Assembly: GCA_011170325.1 (NCBI GenBank) | Contig: DUEX01000001.1 | Location: 373-64,372 of the forward strand | DNA length: 64,000 nt | Direction: 5' to 3' | DNA from: Dehalococcoidia bacterium | GTDB taxonomy: Bacteria; Chloroflexota; Dehalococcoidia; GIF9; UBA5629 | In this document: positions 40,104 through 49,780 of the stretch, piece after piece | How the letters are laid out: each line of letters begins with the position of its first letter | Numbering within the stretch: position 1 is the stretch's first letter | Program-made: the position numbers and the translations under genes | Notes under the pieces: generated by a model | Databases searched by the model: none | What the model was told of the DNA's origin: nothing | The model's input: the letters and a program-made list of their open reading frames with translations, nothing else

Positions 40104-41348
40104 TCACTCACGAACCAATGTTAATAGCCCAAGCATTGCCAGAGACGCTAGACCAGCCCCGAAGTAGAAAGGGGCTGCTGGGCTGATTGCCTGCCACAGC
40201 CAGCCAGCGATTACACTGGCTGGCAAAAGAGTGCCACCGACTATGCCATGGAGAAGACCATAGGCGGTGCCTCGTCTCTCTTCTGGCACTAAATCAGCCA
40301 CAAAAGCTCTAGTCACCCCCTCAGCTAGCCCGTAATAGACCCCGTAAAATGCAAAAAGTAGCCATGCCTGCCACGAAGTTGATGCCAGGGCAAAACCAAA
40401 GTAGGTAAGCGCATAGATAAGCCACCCCAGAACTATGACTCGCCTTCTCCCCAGTCTGTCTGATAACACCCCGGCTGGCGTTGATAAAGTTGCATAGACG
40501 ACATTAAACAGAATGAGCATTAAGAGTATGTAAAGAACGGAGTTGCCTAGGTTTTGCGCCCGCAGAATGAGAAAGGCATCACTGGAATTGCCCAAAGTAA
40601 ACAGAAACATGATACCGAGAAAAAGCTTAAAGCGGTTATCAAAGCCAGCCTTGGCAGCTTGGGAGCTTATATCCAAATATGGCTGGCTTGCTTTCAAGTC
40701 AGAAGACTGTGGGCTTGAGCCTCTTTTGGACTCGTGGACAAAGAGAAACATGAATAAAGCTAGCACCGCAGGGACGATCCCAATAAGCACCAACCACTGA
40801 TAAGTGCCCCGGGCCAGTTCTAAAGTGCCCCTTTGCAGTAGAAAGACGACGACAGCTGCTGCCACAAGCCCTAAGGCAGCACCGAAGGTATCCATAGCTC
40901 GATGAATGCCGAAGCCTTTGCCTCGTTCTTCGGTGGATACAGAATCGGCTACCAGAGCATCTCGTGGAGCAGTGCGCACACCCTTCCCTAATCTATCAGT
41001 GAACCTTACTCCGAGCACCACTCCCCAGGTTGTAGCTACATACATGAAAGGCTTGGCCAGAGTAGATAATCCATAGCCAATAATAGCTAAAGATTTACGC
41101 TTACCCAGTTTATCGCTAAGCCAGCCACTGAGAATCCTGACCAGGGAAGCTGTGCTTTCAGTCAGTCCCTCGATGAAACCGATAATAACGGTAGCCGCCC
41201 CCAGTACATTGGCTAAAAACAAAGGGAGCAGAGTGAAAACCATCTCACTGCTGACATCAGTGAGAAAGCTCACCAGCCCCAAGAAGAATATATTGGGGTT
41301 AAGACCAAAAACACGCTTTCGTTCTGTGACTTGTGGGAGCTTTTCCAT
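40104..41348 (-). CDS. MFS transporter
   Basis: 414 aa with 12 predicted TM helices. MFS signature-like GWLSDKLGKRKS between TM2 and TM3. Confidence 0.75.
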   Translation of the reverse strand: MEKLPQVTERKRVFGLNPNIFFLGLVSFLTDVSSEMVFTLLPLFLANVLGAATVIIGFIEGLTESTASLVRILSGWLSDKLGKRKSLAIIGYGLSTLAKPFMYVATTWGVVLGVRFTDRLGKGVRTAPRDALVADSVSTEERGKGFGIHRAMDTFGAALGLVAAAVVVFLLQRGTLELARGTYQWLVLIGIVPAVLALFMFLFVHESKRGSSPQSSDLKASQPYLDISSQAAKAGFDNRFKLFLGIMFLFTLGNSSDAFLILRAQNLGNSVLYILLMLILFNVVYATLSTPAGVLSDRLGRRRVIVLGWLIYALTYFGFALASTSWQAWLLFAFYGVYYGLAEGVTRAFVADLVPEERRGTAYGLLHGIVGGTLLPASVIAGWLWQAISPAAPFYFGAGLASLAMLGLLTLVRE

Positions 41349-41501
41349 GAAATATGAGCCTAATATAACACTACTGCTGAGAAGTCTACCATAAGTGATA
41401 GCTAAGCATCATAACATTAACTAATCTAGCTAGCATAAAGTTTGACCAAGAAAGCATTTTCTGCTAAACTACCGATTTGGTTATTTAAGCCTGTGGAGGG
41501 C

Positions 41502-41960
41502 ATGGTGCGTGATGAGTTAGCTGAGATACTGGCTGAATATGGGGGGGAAAAAGGGGCATTAATTCCAATTCTGCAAAGGATTCAAGAGAAGTTCGGGTAT
41601 CTTCCAGAAGAGGCAATTTCAGAGATAGCTAAATTTTCTCGGATGGCGGAAAGCGAAATCTTTGGAGTTGCCTCTTTTTATGCCCAGTTCTACTTCACTC
41701 GTCGTGGTCAGCATACCGTCAAAGTCTGTCTAGGTACTGCCTGCCATGTCCGCGGGGGTGAGCGTATTCTGGACGAGGTGAAGAGAGAGCTAGGTGTTGA
41801 GTCTGGAGGCACGACCAAAGACTATAAACTCAGCCTAGAGAGGGTAGCTTGTTTTGGCTCTTGTGCATTGGCTCCAGTAATGGTTATCGATAAAAATGTT
41901 TATGGTCGGATGACTATTGCTAAGGCAAAGGATATCCTAGATGAATATCGCCGAGGATAG
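41502..41960 (+). CDS. NuoE-like 2Fe-2S thioredoxin-fold subunit (FdsG-like) of an NAD-linked formate dehydrogenase
   Basis: Cys motif CLGTACHVRGG...CFGSCALAP. ATG follows GGAGGG. Confidence 0.8.
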   Translation: MVRDELAEILAEYGGEKGALIPILQRIQEKFGYLPEEAISEIAKFSRMAESEIFGVASFYAQFYFTRRGQHTVKVCLGTACHVRGGERILDEVKRELGVESGGTTKDYKLSLERVACFGSCALAPVMVIDKNVYGRMTIAKAKDILDEYRRG

Positions 41961-41966
41961 AGAGCT

Positions 41967-43877
41967 ATGACTTTCGAGGAAATCCGCAATCGGGCAGCAT
42001 CAGAATGGGAAGCACTGCAATCCAGTAATAAGCCGCGGATCTTAGTCGGTGCAGGCACTTGTGGTAGAGCCGCCGGGGCTCTTGGTATTCTTGAAGCCAT
42101 TAATGAAGAGCTTACACGACTAAATATTGAGGCTATTGTTATCCAGGTTGGCTGCATGGGCCTATGTTATGCTGAACCGATGATTGGCATAACAAAGCCG
42201 GGGCGCGCACAAATCATTTACGGCGCTTTGACCCCTGAGCTAGTGACTCAGCTTATTGATGATTACCTGGTTAATGGTAACCCCCACTCCGACTTGGCTC
42301 TAGGCTATGTCGGTAATGGTAGCGTTGATGGTATCCCTAATTTGTTCGAGTTGCCGGTAATCAAGCCACAAGTTCGCTTGATCCTTCGTAAATGCGGTTT
42401 TATCGATCCTGAGAGTATCAACCATTACATTGCCAATGGTGGCTATAGTGGTTTGGTCAAGGCGTTAAAGATGGCGCCAGAGGCAATCATCGAGGAGATT
42501 AAGAAGTCAGGTCTGCGTGGGAGAGGAGGCGCTGGCTTCCCAACTGGGCAAAAGTGGGATTTTTGTCGGAAAGCACCGGGAAACGAAAAATACATTATTT
42601 GCAATGCCGACGAAGGCGACCCGGGGGCTTTTATGAATCGGTCATTGCTGGAAGGCGACCCTCATTCAGTTTTGGAGGGGATGGTTATCGGTGCTTACAC
42701 TATAGGGGCGAACCAGGGCTATATTTACTGCCGCGCTGAATATCCCTTAGCTCTGGAGAGATTGAGGCTGGCTCTTCATCAAATGGAAGAGCACGGTTTC
42801 ATCGGGGATAATATTCTTGGTTCCGGTTTCAATTTCCATATAAAGATTAAGGAAGGAGCAGGAGCATTTGTTTGTGGCGAAGAGACAGCTTTGATGGCCT
42901 CTATTGAAGGCAAGCGAGGAATGCCCCGGTCACGACCACCTTTTCCAGCGATTTCCGGATTGTGGGGTAAGCCAACAAATATTAATAATGTGGAAACTTG
43001 GGCAGATGTAGCGCTGATTTTACAAAAAACCAGTGACTGGTATGCCCAGTACGGTTCGGAGACAAGCAAGGGAACAAAGACATTCGCCTTAGTCGGTAAG
43101 GTGGACCGCACCGGGCTTATTGAGGTCCCCTTAGGCATTACTTTAGGTGAAATCATTTATGACATTGGCGGCGGCATTCTTAAAGGCAAAAAATTTAAAG
43201 CAGTGCAAACTGGCGGCCCTTCGGGAGGTTGCCTGCCATCGTCTATGCTTGATTCACCTGTTGATTATGAATCGTTGACCGCTGCTGGCTCAATCATGGG
43301 CTCAGGCGGCATGATTGTTGCTGATGAAGATACCTGCATGGTTGACCTGACAAAGTATTTTCTTACTTTTACTCAGGCGGAGTCTTGCGGTAAATGCCCC
43401 CCATGTCGAGTTGGCACACGGCAAATGCTGGGTATTTTGGAACGTATAACCCGAGGGGAAGGCGAGCCTGGGGATGTAGAGCAGCTTGACAGGATAGCTA
43501 CCACGGTTAAGCAGGGCTCCCTCTGTGGTCTAGGGCAAACCGCCCCTAACCCGGTGCTGACTACTATTCGCTATTTCCGTGATGAATATGATGCTCACAT
43601 TAATGAAAAGCGGTGCCCATCCCTGATATGTAAAGATTTGATTTCCTTTTACATTTTGCCAGATAAATGTCAGGGCTGTATGATTTGTTTGCGAAATTGC
43701 CCTGTTGAAGCAATTTCTGGCGGTAAAAGATTAGTACACGTTATCGACCAGGATAAATGTGTTAAATGTGGGACATGTCTTGATGTTTGCCCACCTCGTT
43801 TTGCTGCTGTAGCTAAAGTCTCAGGTGAGCAGATTGAAGTCCCTTCACAGCCTGTACCTATTGAGACATCAGCTTGA
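41967..43877 (+). CDS. NuoF-like NAD(H)/FMN-binding Fe-S subunit (FdsB/HndC-like) with C-terminal 2x[4Fe-4S] ferredoxin domain
   Basis: GRGGAGFPTGQKW FMN site. ESCGKCPPCRVG. C-terminal CQGCMICLRNCP...CVKCGTCLDVCP. Confidence 0.85.
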   Translation: MTFEEIRNRAASEWEALQSSNKPRILVGAGTCGRAAGALGILEAINEELTRLNIEAIVIQVGCMGLCYAEPMIGITKPGRAQIIYGALTPELVTQLIDDYLVNGNPHSDLALGYVGNGSVDGIPNLFELPVIKPQVRLILRKCGFIDPESINHYIANGGYSGLVKALKMAPEAIIEEIKKSGLRGRGGAGFPTGQKWDFCRKAPGNEKYIICNADEGDPGAFMNRSLLEGDPHSVLEGMVIGAYTIGANQGYIYCRAEYPLALERLRLALHQMEEHGFIGDNILGSGFNFHIKIKEGAGAFVCGEETALMASIEGKRGMPRSRPPFPAISGLWGKPTNINNVETWADVALILQKTSDWYAQYGSETSKGTKTFALVGKVDRTGLIEVPLGITLGEIIYDIGGGILKGKKFKAVQTGGPSGGCLPSSMLDSPVDYESLTAAGSIMGSGGMIVADEDTCMVDLTKYFLTFTQAESCGKCPPCRVGTRQMLGILERITRGEGEPGDVEQLDRIATTVKQGSLCGLGQTAPNPVLTTIRYFRDEYDAHINEKRCPSLICKDLISFYILPDKCQGCMICLRNCPVEAISGGKRLVHVIDQDKCVKCGTCLDVCPPRFAAVAKVSGEQIEVPSQPVPIETSA

Positions 43878-43938
43878 GGTGGATTTCTAAAGTGGCACTC
43901 GCTCATGATTTGTGTATGCTAGCAGGAATTGATAGGAG

Positions 43939-46710
43939 TTGAGCATGGTTGTTGGTCAGGAGACTAGAACTATTGATTTGACTATTGACGGGCAGCAGGT
44001 CAAGGCAAAAGAAGGAGCTACAGTACTTGAGGTGGCCCGGGAGGGGGGTATTTATATTCCTACTCTATGTTACCATCCCAGCTTGACTCCATACGGAAGC
44101 TGCCGTATGTGCATAGTTGAGATTGAGAACATACGGGGATTCCCCACTGCTTGCACTACACCAGTAACTGAGAGCATGGTAGTCAACACCAATACGCCGC
44201 AGCTTCAAGAGTTAAGACGCAATATCCTTGAACTAGCTCTTAGTGAGCATCCCTATGCCTGCCTCATTTGTGACCGTAGAGAGCGTTGCCAACCTTTCCA
44301 CATTACACTGCGAAAAACAGCTGTAACTAGTGGATGCACAATGTGCCCCAAGAATAGGCGCTGTGAGTTGCAGGAGGTAGTTGATTACGTTGGTCTTACC
44401 GAAGTTAGGTTATCTCCTATCTATCGGGATTTACCGATTCTTAGAGATTCACCCTTTTTTGACCGGGATTACAACTTGTGCATACTTTGCGGGCGCTGCG
44501 TTCGGGTATGTCAGGAGGTAAGAGGAGCTGGAGCAATTGCCTTTACTTACCGAGGTAGCCAGGCTCTGGTTGGCACTGCCTTCGATAGGTCGTTACAAGA
44601 CTCAGGATGTCAATTTTGCGGGGCTTGCGTTGATGCTTGTCCCACTGGTGCTTTAATGGAGCGCTCTGGTAAATGGCAGGGACTACCTGAGTCCACTGTA
44701 ACTACAACCTGTGGCTATTGCGGGGTCGGTTGCCAATTAAACCTTGAAATAAAGGGAGGAAAGATTGTTCGGGTAGCACCAGTTCTGGACAATTCAGTTA
44801 ATCAGGGACAAGCCTGTGTTAAAGGTCGTTTTGGCATTGCCGAATTTGTCCATCATCCTCAGCGCTTGACTACGCCCTTAATACAAAGGAATGGAGAATT
44901 AGTCGAGGCGAGCTGGGACGAGGCACTAACTCTGGTAACAAAAAGGTTGGCGAACTACAAGGGAAATCAATTTGCCTTTATTTCCTCAGCCAAATGCACC
45001 AACGAGGAGAATTACCTAGCTCAGAAGTTCACTCGCATGGTAATGGCTACCAATAATATTGACCATTGTGCCCGGTTATGTCATGCGCCCACAGTAGCTG
45101 GTTTAGCTCAGGCTTTTGGCAGCGGTGCTATGACCAATTCCATCAATGAGATCAAGGATGCTGCCTGTATACTTGTTATCGGCAGTAATACAAGCTCAGG
45201 TCATCCGGTTATTGCCCTGGAGATAATAAAGGCAGTGCGCAATGGTGGTAAACTCATTGTGGCTAATCCCAGGGAGATTGAACTTTGTCGCTACGCTGAT
45301 ATCTGGTTGAGGCATTTCCCTGGCAGCGATGTTGCCTTGCTTATGGGTATGATGCGGGTCATTATAGATGAGGAGCTAGCCGATTTAGCGTTTGTCGAAG
45401 AACAGTGCCAGGACTTCGATGCTTTTAGAGAATCGCTAATCAATTTTGATCTGGATCTTGCAGAGAAGGTTACTGGTGTAACCAGCGATAAGATAGTTGA
45501 GGCAGCTCGGCTGTATGCTACTCATAAACCAGCAAGCATTATCTACGCTATGGGCATTACCCAGCATAGTCATGGCACAGATAATGTATCAGCTACCGCC
45601 AATTTAGCTATGCTCGCTGGTAACATTGGCAAGCCGTCAACGGGTGTAAACCCGCTGCGAGGGCAGAATAACGTTCAAGGTGCCTGTGACCTGGGAGCTT
45701 TACCTAATGTTTATACTGCTTACCAGAGGGTTGATAATCCTGACATTCAGAAGAAATTTGAGACTGCCTGGGTATGCAGCCTAGATGCTAGTCCAGGGTT
45801 AACTTTACCAGAGATGATTGAAGCTGCTTATAGTGGGCAGATTAAGGCGGTTTATTTAATGGGTGAAAACCCGTTACTGAGCGAAGCTGATGCTGGGCAT
45901 GCTCAGGAGGCATTGAGTAAGCTAGACTTCTTAGTGGTTCAGGATATTTTTCTTACCGAGACAGCTCAGCTAGCTGATGTAGTTTTGCCAGCAGCTAGCT
46001 TTGCTGAGAAAGATGGCACTTTTACTAATACCGAACGGCGAATACAGCGAGTAAGAAAAGCAATCGAGCCTATAGGCAATGCCAAGCCTGACTGGTGGAT
46101 TATCTGCCAGATAGCTAAGAGGTTAGAGGCTGAGGGTTTTGATTTTGAGCATCCTTCACAAATAATGGCTGAGATTGCTAGTTTGACTCCCAGCTACGGA
46201 GGTATCAGCTACCAGCGTCTGGAAGAATGTGGTCTACAGTGGCCTTGTCCGACTAAAGACCATCCTGGGACACCTATATTGCATGTGGGCAAGTTCGTTC
46301 GTGGTTTGGGAAAGTTTACACCGCTCGAGTATAGGCCGCCGGCAGAGTTACCCGACGAAGAGTATCCGCTAGTGCTGACCACGGGTCGTAGCCTCTACCA
46401 TTTTCATACCGGGACTATGACACGGAGGGTAATGGGGCTCAATGCCATCGAACCGGAAGGAGTAGTGGAGATAAACCCAGTTGACGCTTCTCATTTGAAG
46501 ATTGCCGATGGTGACAAAGTCAAGGTAATTTCTCGTCGTGGCGAGGTAATAGCTAAAGTGAGAGTAACTGAGGAGTCACCGCCCAAGGTAGTATTTATGA
46601 CCTTCCACTTTGCCGAGAGTGCAGCCAATATCCTGACTAATCCAGCGCTTGATCCTGTATCTAAAATTCCAGAATTCAAAGTATGCGCTGTAAGGGTTGA
46701 GAAAGTTTAG
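43939..46710 (+). CDS. Formate dehydrogenase alpha subunit (FdsA-type: NuoG-like Fe-S N-terminus + molybdopterin catalytic domain), cysteine-type
   Basis: 923 aa. N-terminal 2Fe-2S and 4Fe-4S motifs. Active-site region IDHCARLCHAPTVAGL is homologous to E. coli FdhF NCARVUHGPSVAGL, with Cys replacing Sec. MGD-binding domains follow. Confidence 0.85.
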   Translation: MSMVVGQETRTIDLTIDGQQVKAKEGATVLEVAREGGIYIPTLCYHPSLTPYGSCRMCIVEIENIRGFPTACTTPVTESMVVNTNTPQLQELRRNILELALSEHPYACLICDRRERCQPFHITLRKTAVTSGCTMCPKNRRCELQEVVDYVGLTEVRLSPIYRDLPILRDSPFFDRDYNLCILCGRCVRVCQEVRGAGAIAFTYRGSQALVGTAFDRSLQDSGCQFCGACVDACPTGALMERSGKWQGLPESTVTTTCGYCGVGCQLNLEIKGGKIVRVAPVLDNSVNQGQACVKGRFGIAEFVHHPQRLTTPLIQRNGELVEASWDEALTLVTKRLANYKGNQFAFISSAKCTNEENYLAQKFTRMVMATNNIDHCARLCHAPTVAGLAQAFGSGAMTNSINEIKDAACILVIGSNTSSGHPVIALEIIKAVRNGGKLIVANPREIELCRYADIWLRHFPGSDVALLMGMMRVIIDEELADLAFVEEQCQDFDAFRESLINFDLDLAEKVTGVTSDKIVEAARLYATHKPASIIYAMGITQHSHGTDNVSATANLAMLAGNIGKPSTGVNPLRGQNNVQGACDLGALPNVYTAYQRVDNPDIQKKFETAWVCSLDASPGLTLPEMIEAAYSGQIKAVYLMGENPLLSEADAGHAQEALSKLDFLVVQDIFLTETAQLADVVLPAASFAEKDGTFTNTERRIQRVRKAIEPIGNAKPDWWIICQIAKRLEAEGFDFEHPSQIMAEIASLTPSYGGISYQRLEECGLQWPCPTKDHPGTPILHVGKFVRGLGKFTPLEYRPPAELPDEEYPLVLTTGRSLYHFHTGTMTRRVMGLNAIEPEGVVEINPVDASHLKIADGDKVKVISRRGEVIAKVRVTEESPPKVVFMTFHFAESAANILTNPALDPVSKIPEFKVCAVRVEKV

Positions 46711-46717
46711 AGAGAAA

Positions 46718-48904
46718 ATGACCGAGCTTAATCTAATCATTGATGGACAACAAATAGCAGCAGAGCGTGGAATGACCATATTTGAGGCTGCCACCAAGGC
46801 AGGCATATATATTCCCAGCCTTTGTGCTCATCCCGACTTGTCTCCTTCGGGGGAATGTGGACTGTGTTTAGTAGAAATTGAAGGCGAGCCTGAGTTCGCA
46901 ATTTCATGCACTACAGATGTCGCTGAAAATATGGTGCTGCACACCGATACACCACAGCTTCGGCAGAAGCAGCACGAGGTCTTAGAGAAGATTCTATCTG
47001 AGCATCCAAATGCCTGCCTCACTTGCTGGCGCAAGGAGCGCTGTGAACCATTTGATATATGTCTACGGAATGTAGCAGTAACCGAGCGCTGTGTTACCTG
47101 CCCTGAAAATGGGCGATGCGAACTGCAAAAAGTGGTCGACTACTTGGATATTGGAATCGCAACCATTCCTTACAAGTATAGGAAACTCCCAATAAACAGG
47201 GATAATCCTTTCTTCGATCTGGATTACAATCTGTGCATTGCCTGCGGGCGGTGCGTTAGAGCTTGCCAAGATTTGAGAGGGGTAAAAGCTCTAGACTTCA
47301 TTGAATTGAATGGCTATCGAGTAGCTGGGCCAATTAGGGGCAACCACAAGGATTCGGGATGCAAGTTTTGCTTTACTTGTGTCGAAGTTTGTCCCACTGG
47401 GGCACTAGTAGACAGAGAAGCAAGATATCAGACTATCTCGGATTGGGAAGCTTATGTTGTTCCATGTCGCCAAGCTTGCCCAGCTCATATAGACATACCC
47501 CGCTACATAAATTTCATTGCTCAGGGAAAATACAGTGAGGCCTTAGCTGTGATACGAGAGAAGGTTCCGTTTCCTGGAGTGCTAGGGCGTGTTTGCGTAC
47601 ATCCGTGTGAACAAGCATGCCGACGCAGTCAATTAAGTGAGCCGATTTGTATAAAGTTTCTCAAGCGTTTCGCCGCTGACTACGATACTGGCTTATGGAA
47701 ACAGAATGCTAAAGTGGCGCCACCAACAGGCAAGCGAGTAGCTGTAGTTGGCTCAGGCCCAGCAGGGCTTACTGCAGCCTATTACTTGGCCAAACTCGGG
47801 CATTCGGTAACGGTTTTCGAAGCTTTGCCGCAAACAGGAGGTATGACACGGGTAGGTATTCCAGCCTACCGTTTGCCACGAGAAATCCTGAATGCTGAAA
47901 TTGAAGAGATCGAAAAAGTAGGCGTTGATATAAAAACTAACACTAAAATAGAATCCCTAGATAGTCTCTTTGAGCAAGGCTATAATTGTGTATTTTTGGC
48001 TCTGGGGGCTCATCGGGGAACCAAGATGGGTGTTGATGGTGAAGACAGCCCCGGTGTAATAGACGGTGTGGATTTCCTTCGCCAGGTAAGCTTAGGTGAA
48101 GAAGTAACGATAGGAGAAAAGGTAGCCATAATTGGTGGTGGCAACGCAGCTATAGACTGTTCGCGAACCGCACTCCGCCTTGATGCTAAAGAGGTGACCA
48201 TTATTTACCGCCGCACCCGGGCTGAAATGCCAGCCAGTCCTGAAGAGGTAGAAGAGGCATTAAGAGAAGGGGTGAAAATTATATTCTTGGCAGCACCCAC
48301 CCAGGTAAGCGTCAAAGATAGACACATCGAGCTGGAGTGTCTGCAGATGAAATTGGGTGAGCCTGATGCCAGCGGCAGGCGCCGACCAGTGCCAATCAGG
48401 GGGAGCGAGTTCACTATGGAATTTCACAATGTGATAGCTGCTATTGGACAAGCGCCTGAAGTTCCAGCCCAGTTTGAGATCGAACTTGGTCGGGGGAATG
48501 TCATTAAGACAAATAGCGAAACCTTGGCTACTAATCGAGAAGGTGTGTTTGCTGGTGGTGATGTTGTCACTGGTCCGGCCTCAGTCATCGGAGCTATTGC
48601 CCAAGGCAGACAGGCAGCTAGCTCTATAGACAGCTATCTGGGTGGCAATGGCATTATTGATGAGTCCCTCATATCTGCTGATGAACCTGACCCTTGGTTG
48701 GGAACCGATGGTGATTTTGCTGACCGAATCCGAGCACATATGTCCTGTCTAGATATCAGTCAGCGCTTGGCTGACTTTGCCGAGGTAGAGCTCGGCTATG
48801 ATGAGGCGACAGCCGAAGAAGAGGCAAAGCGCTGCTTAAGATGCGACCTTAGACTGAAACTGTCTTCGCCCATGTTGCCACCGGTAAAGGTTAAATCTGC
48901 TTAG
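46718..48904 (+). CDS. Fusion protein: NuoG/FdsA-N-terminal-like Fe-S domain + GltD/NfnB-like NAD(P)H:FAD oxidoreductase (SfrB-like)
   Basis: Residues about 1-235 are a paralog of the FdsA N-terminus, down to the NLCIxCGRCVRxCQ and CxFCxxCVxxCPTGAL motifs. Then 2x Cys clusters and VAVVGSGPAGLTAAYYLAKLGHSVTVFE dinucleotide motifs of the GltD family. Confidence 0.7.
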   Translation: MTELNLIIDGQQIAAERGMTIFEAATKAGIYIPSLCAHPDLSPSGECGLCLVEIEGEPEFAISCTTDVAENMVLHTDTPQLRQKQHEVLEKILSEHPNACLTCWRKERCEPFDICLRNVAVTERCVTCPENGRCELQKVVDYLDIGIATIPYKYRKLPINRDNPFFDLDYNLCIACGRCVRACQDLRGVKALDFIELNGYRVAGPIRGNHKDSGCKFCFTCVEVCPTGALVDREARYQTISDWEAYVVPCRQACPAHIDIPRYINFIAQGKYSEALAVIREKVPFPGVLGRVCVHPCEQACRRSQLSEPICIKFLKRFAADYDTGLWKQNAKVAPPTGKRVAVVGSGPAGLTAAYYLAKLGHSVTVFEALPQTGGMTRVGIPAYRLPREILNAEIEEIEKVGVDIKTNTKIESLDSLFEQGYNCVFLALGAHRGTKMGVDGEDSPGVIDGVDFLRQVSLGEEVTIGEKVAIIGGGNAAIDCSRTALRLDAKEVTIIYRRTRAEMPASPEEVEEALREGVKIIFLAAPTQVSVKDRHIELECLQMKLGEPDASGRRRPVPIRGSEFTMEFHNVIAAIGQAPEVPAQFEIELGRGNVIKTNSETLATNREGVFAGGDVVTGPASVIGAIAQGRQAASSIDSYLGGNGIIDESLISADEPDPWLGTDGDFADRIRAHMSCLDISQRLADFAEVELGYDEATAEEEAKRCLRCDLRLKLSSPMLPPVKVKSA

Positions 48905-48917
48905 CTTTAGAGGTATC

Positions 48918-49778
48918 ATGTTCAGAATTCTGGCTAAAGAGAAGCTTACCCCCTTTATAACTATGCTGAAAATCCAGGCGCCTGCAATAGCCCGAAAAGC
49001 CCAACCAGGACAGTTTGTTGTCGCTCGGGTCGACGAGGTTGGTGAGCGTTTTCCGATTAGTTTAGCCAATTGGGACAATGAAGAGGGCAGTATTACCATA
49101 GTGGTCATGGAAGTGGGCACTTCTACGCGTAAACTAGCGTGCCTTAACGCAGACGACCATATATTAAATTTGGCAGGCCCACTAGGTCTGCCTGCCCACA
49201 TAGACAATTTTGGTAAGGTGGTTTGTGCTGGTGGCTGCTATGGCATCGGAGCAATCCTGCCCATAGCTCGTGCCCTTAAAGAATCAGGCAATGAGATTAT
49301 TTCCATTATAGAAGCCCGGAGTAAAAACCTGCTTTACTGGCAGGAACCTCTGCGCCAAGTTAGCGATGAGCTCATCATGACTACAGGCGATGGCTCCTAC
49401 GGTTATAAAGGTTGGACTTATGACCCGCTAAAGGAAATGCTGGAAAAAGGTGAAAAGGTCGACCGAGTATTCGCTCACGGCTGTAATTTTATGATGATGC
49501 TTTGCTCCGAAATCACGAAGCCTTTTGGTGTCAAAACCATGGTTAGCCTTAACCCAATTATGGTTGATGGTACCGGCATGTGCGGAGTATGTCGGGTCTC
49601 CGTAGGCGGCGTCACCAAGTTTGCTTGTGTCGACGGACCAGAGTTTGACGGACACGAAGTTGACTGGGAATTGCTAGCATCCAGACGCCAAAGCTACATT
49701 CAAGAGGAAATAAGGTCGCTGGAATGGTGGGAATGCCAGCAATGGTGCCTGACAACAGCTAAGTCTAAGGAGGCTTAA
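48918..49778 (+). CDS. nfnA: NfnA/SudB/PyrK-like FAD-NAD(P) ferredoxin-reductase-type subunit with C-terminal 2Fe-2S site
   Basis: 286 aa with an FNR-like fold and the C-terminal MCGVCRV...C cluster. Confidence 0.7.
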   Translation: MFRILAKEKLTPFITMLKIQAPAIARKAQPGQFVVARVDEVGERFPISLANWDNEEGSITIVVMEVGTSTRKLACLNADDHILNLAGPLGLPAHIDNFGKVVCAGGCYGIGAILPIARALKESGNEIISIIEARSKNLLYWQEPLRQVSDELIMTTGDGSYGYKGWTYDPLKEMLEKGEKVDRVFAHGCNFMMMLCSEITKPFGVKTMVSLNPIMVDGTGMCGVCRVSVGGVTKFACVDGPEFDGHEVDWELLASRRQSYIQEEIRSLEWWECQQWCLTTAKSKEA

Positions 49779-49780
49779 AC

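Noticed and set aside
46491-47269. Reverse-strand ORFs of 62-76 aa overlapping the 3' end of the FDH alpha gene and the fusion gene
   Set aside because: They are antisense to strongly supported genes and have no domains. They are typical GC-frame artefacts.
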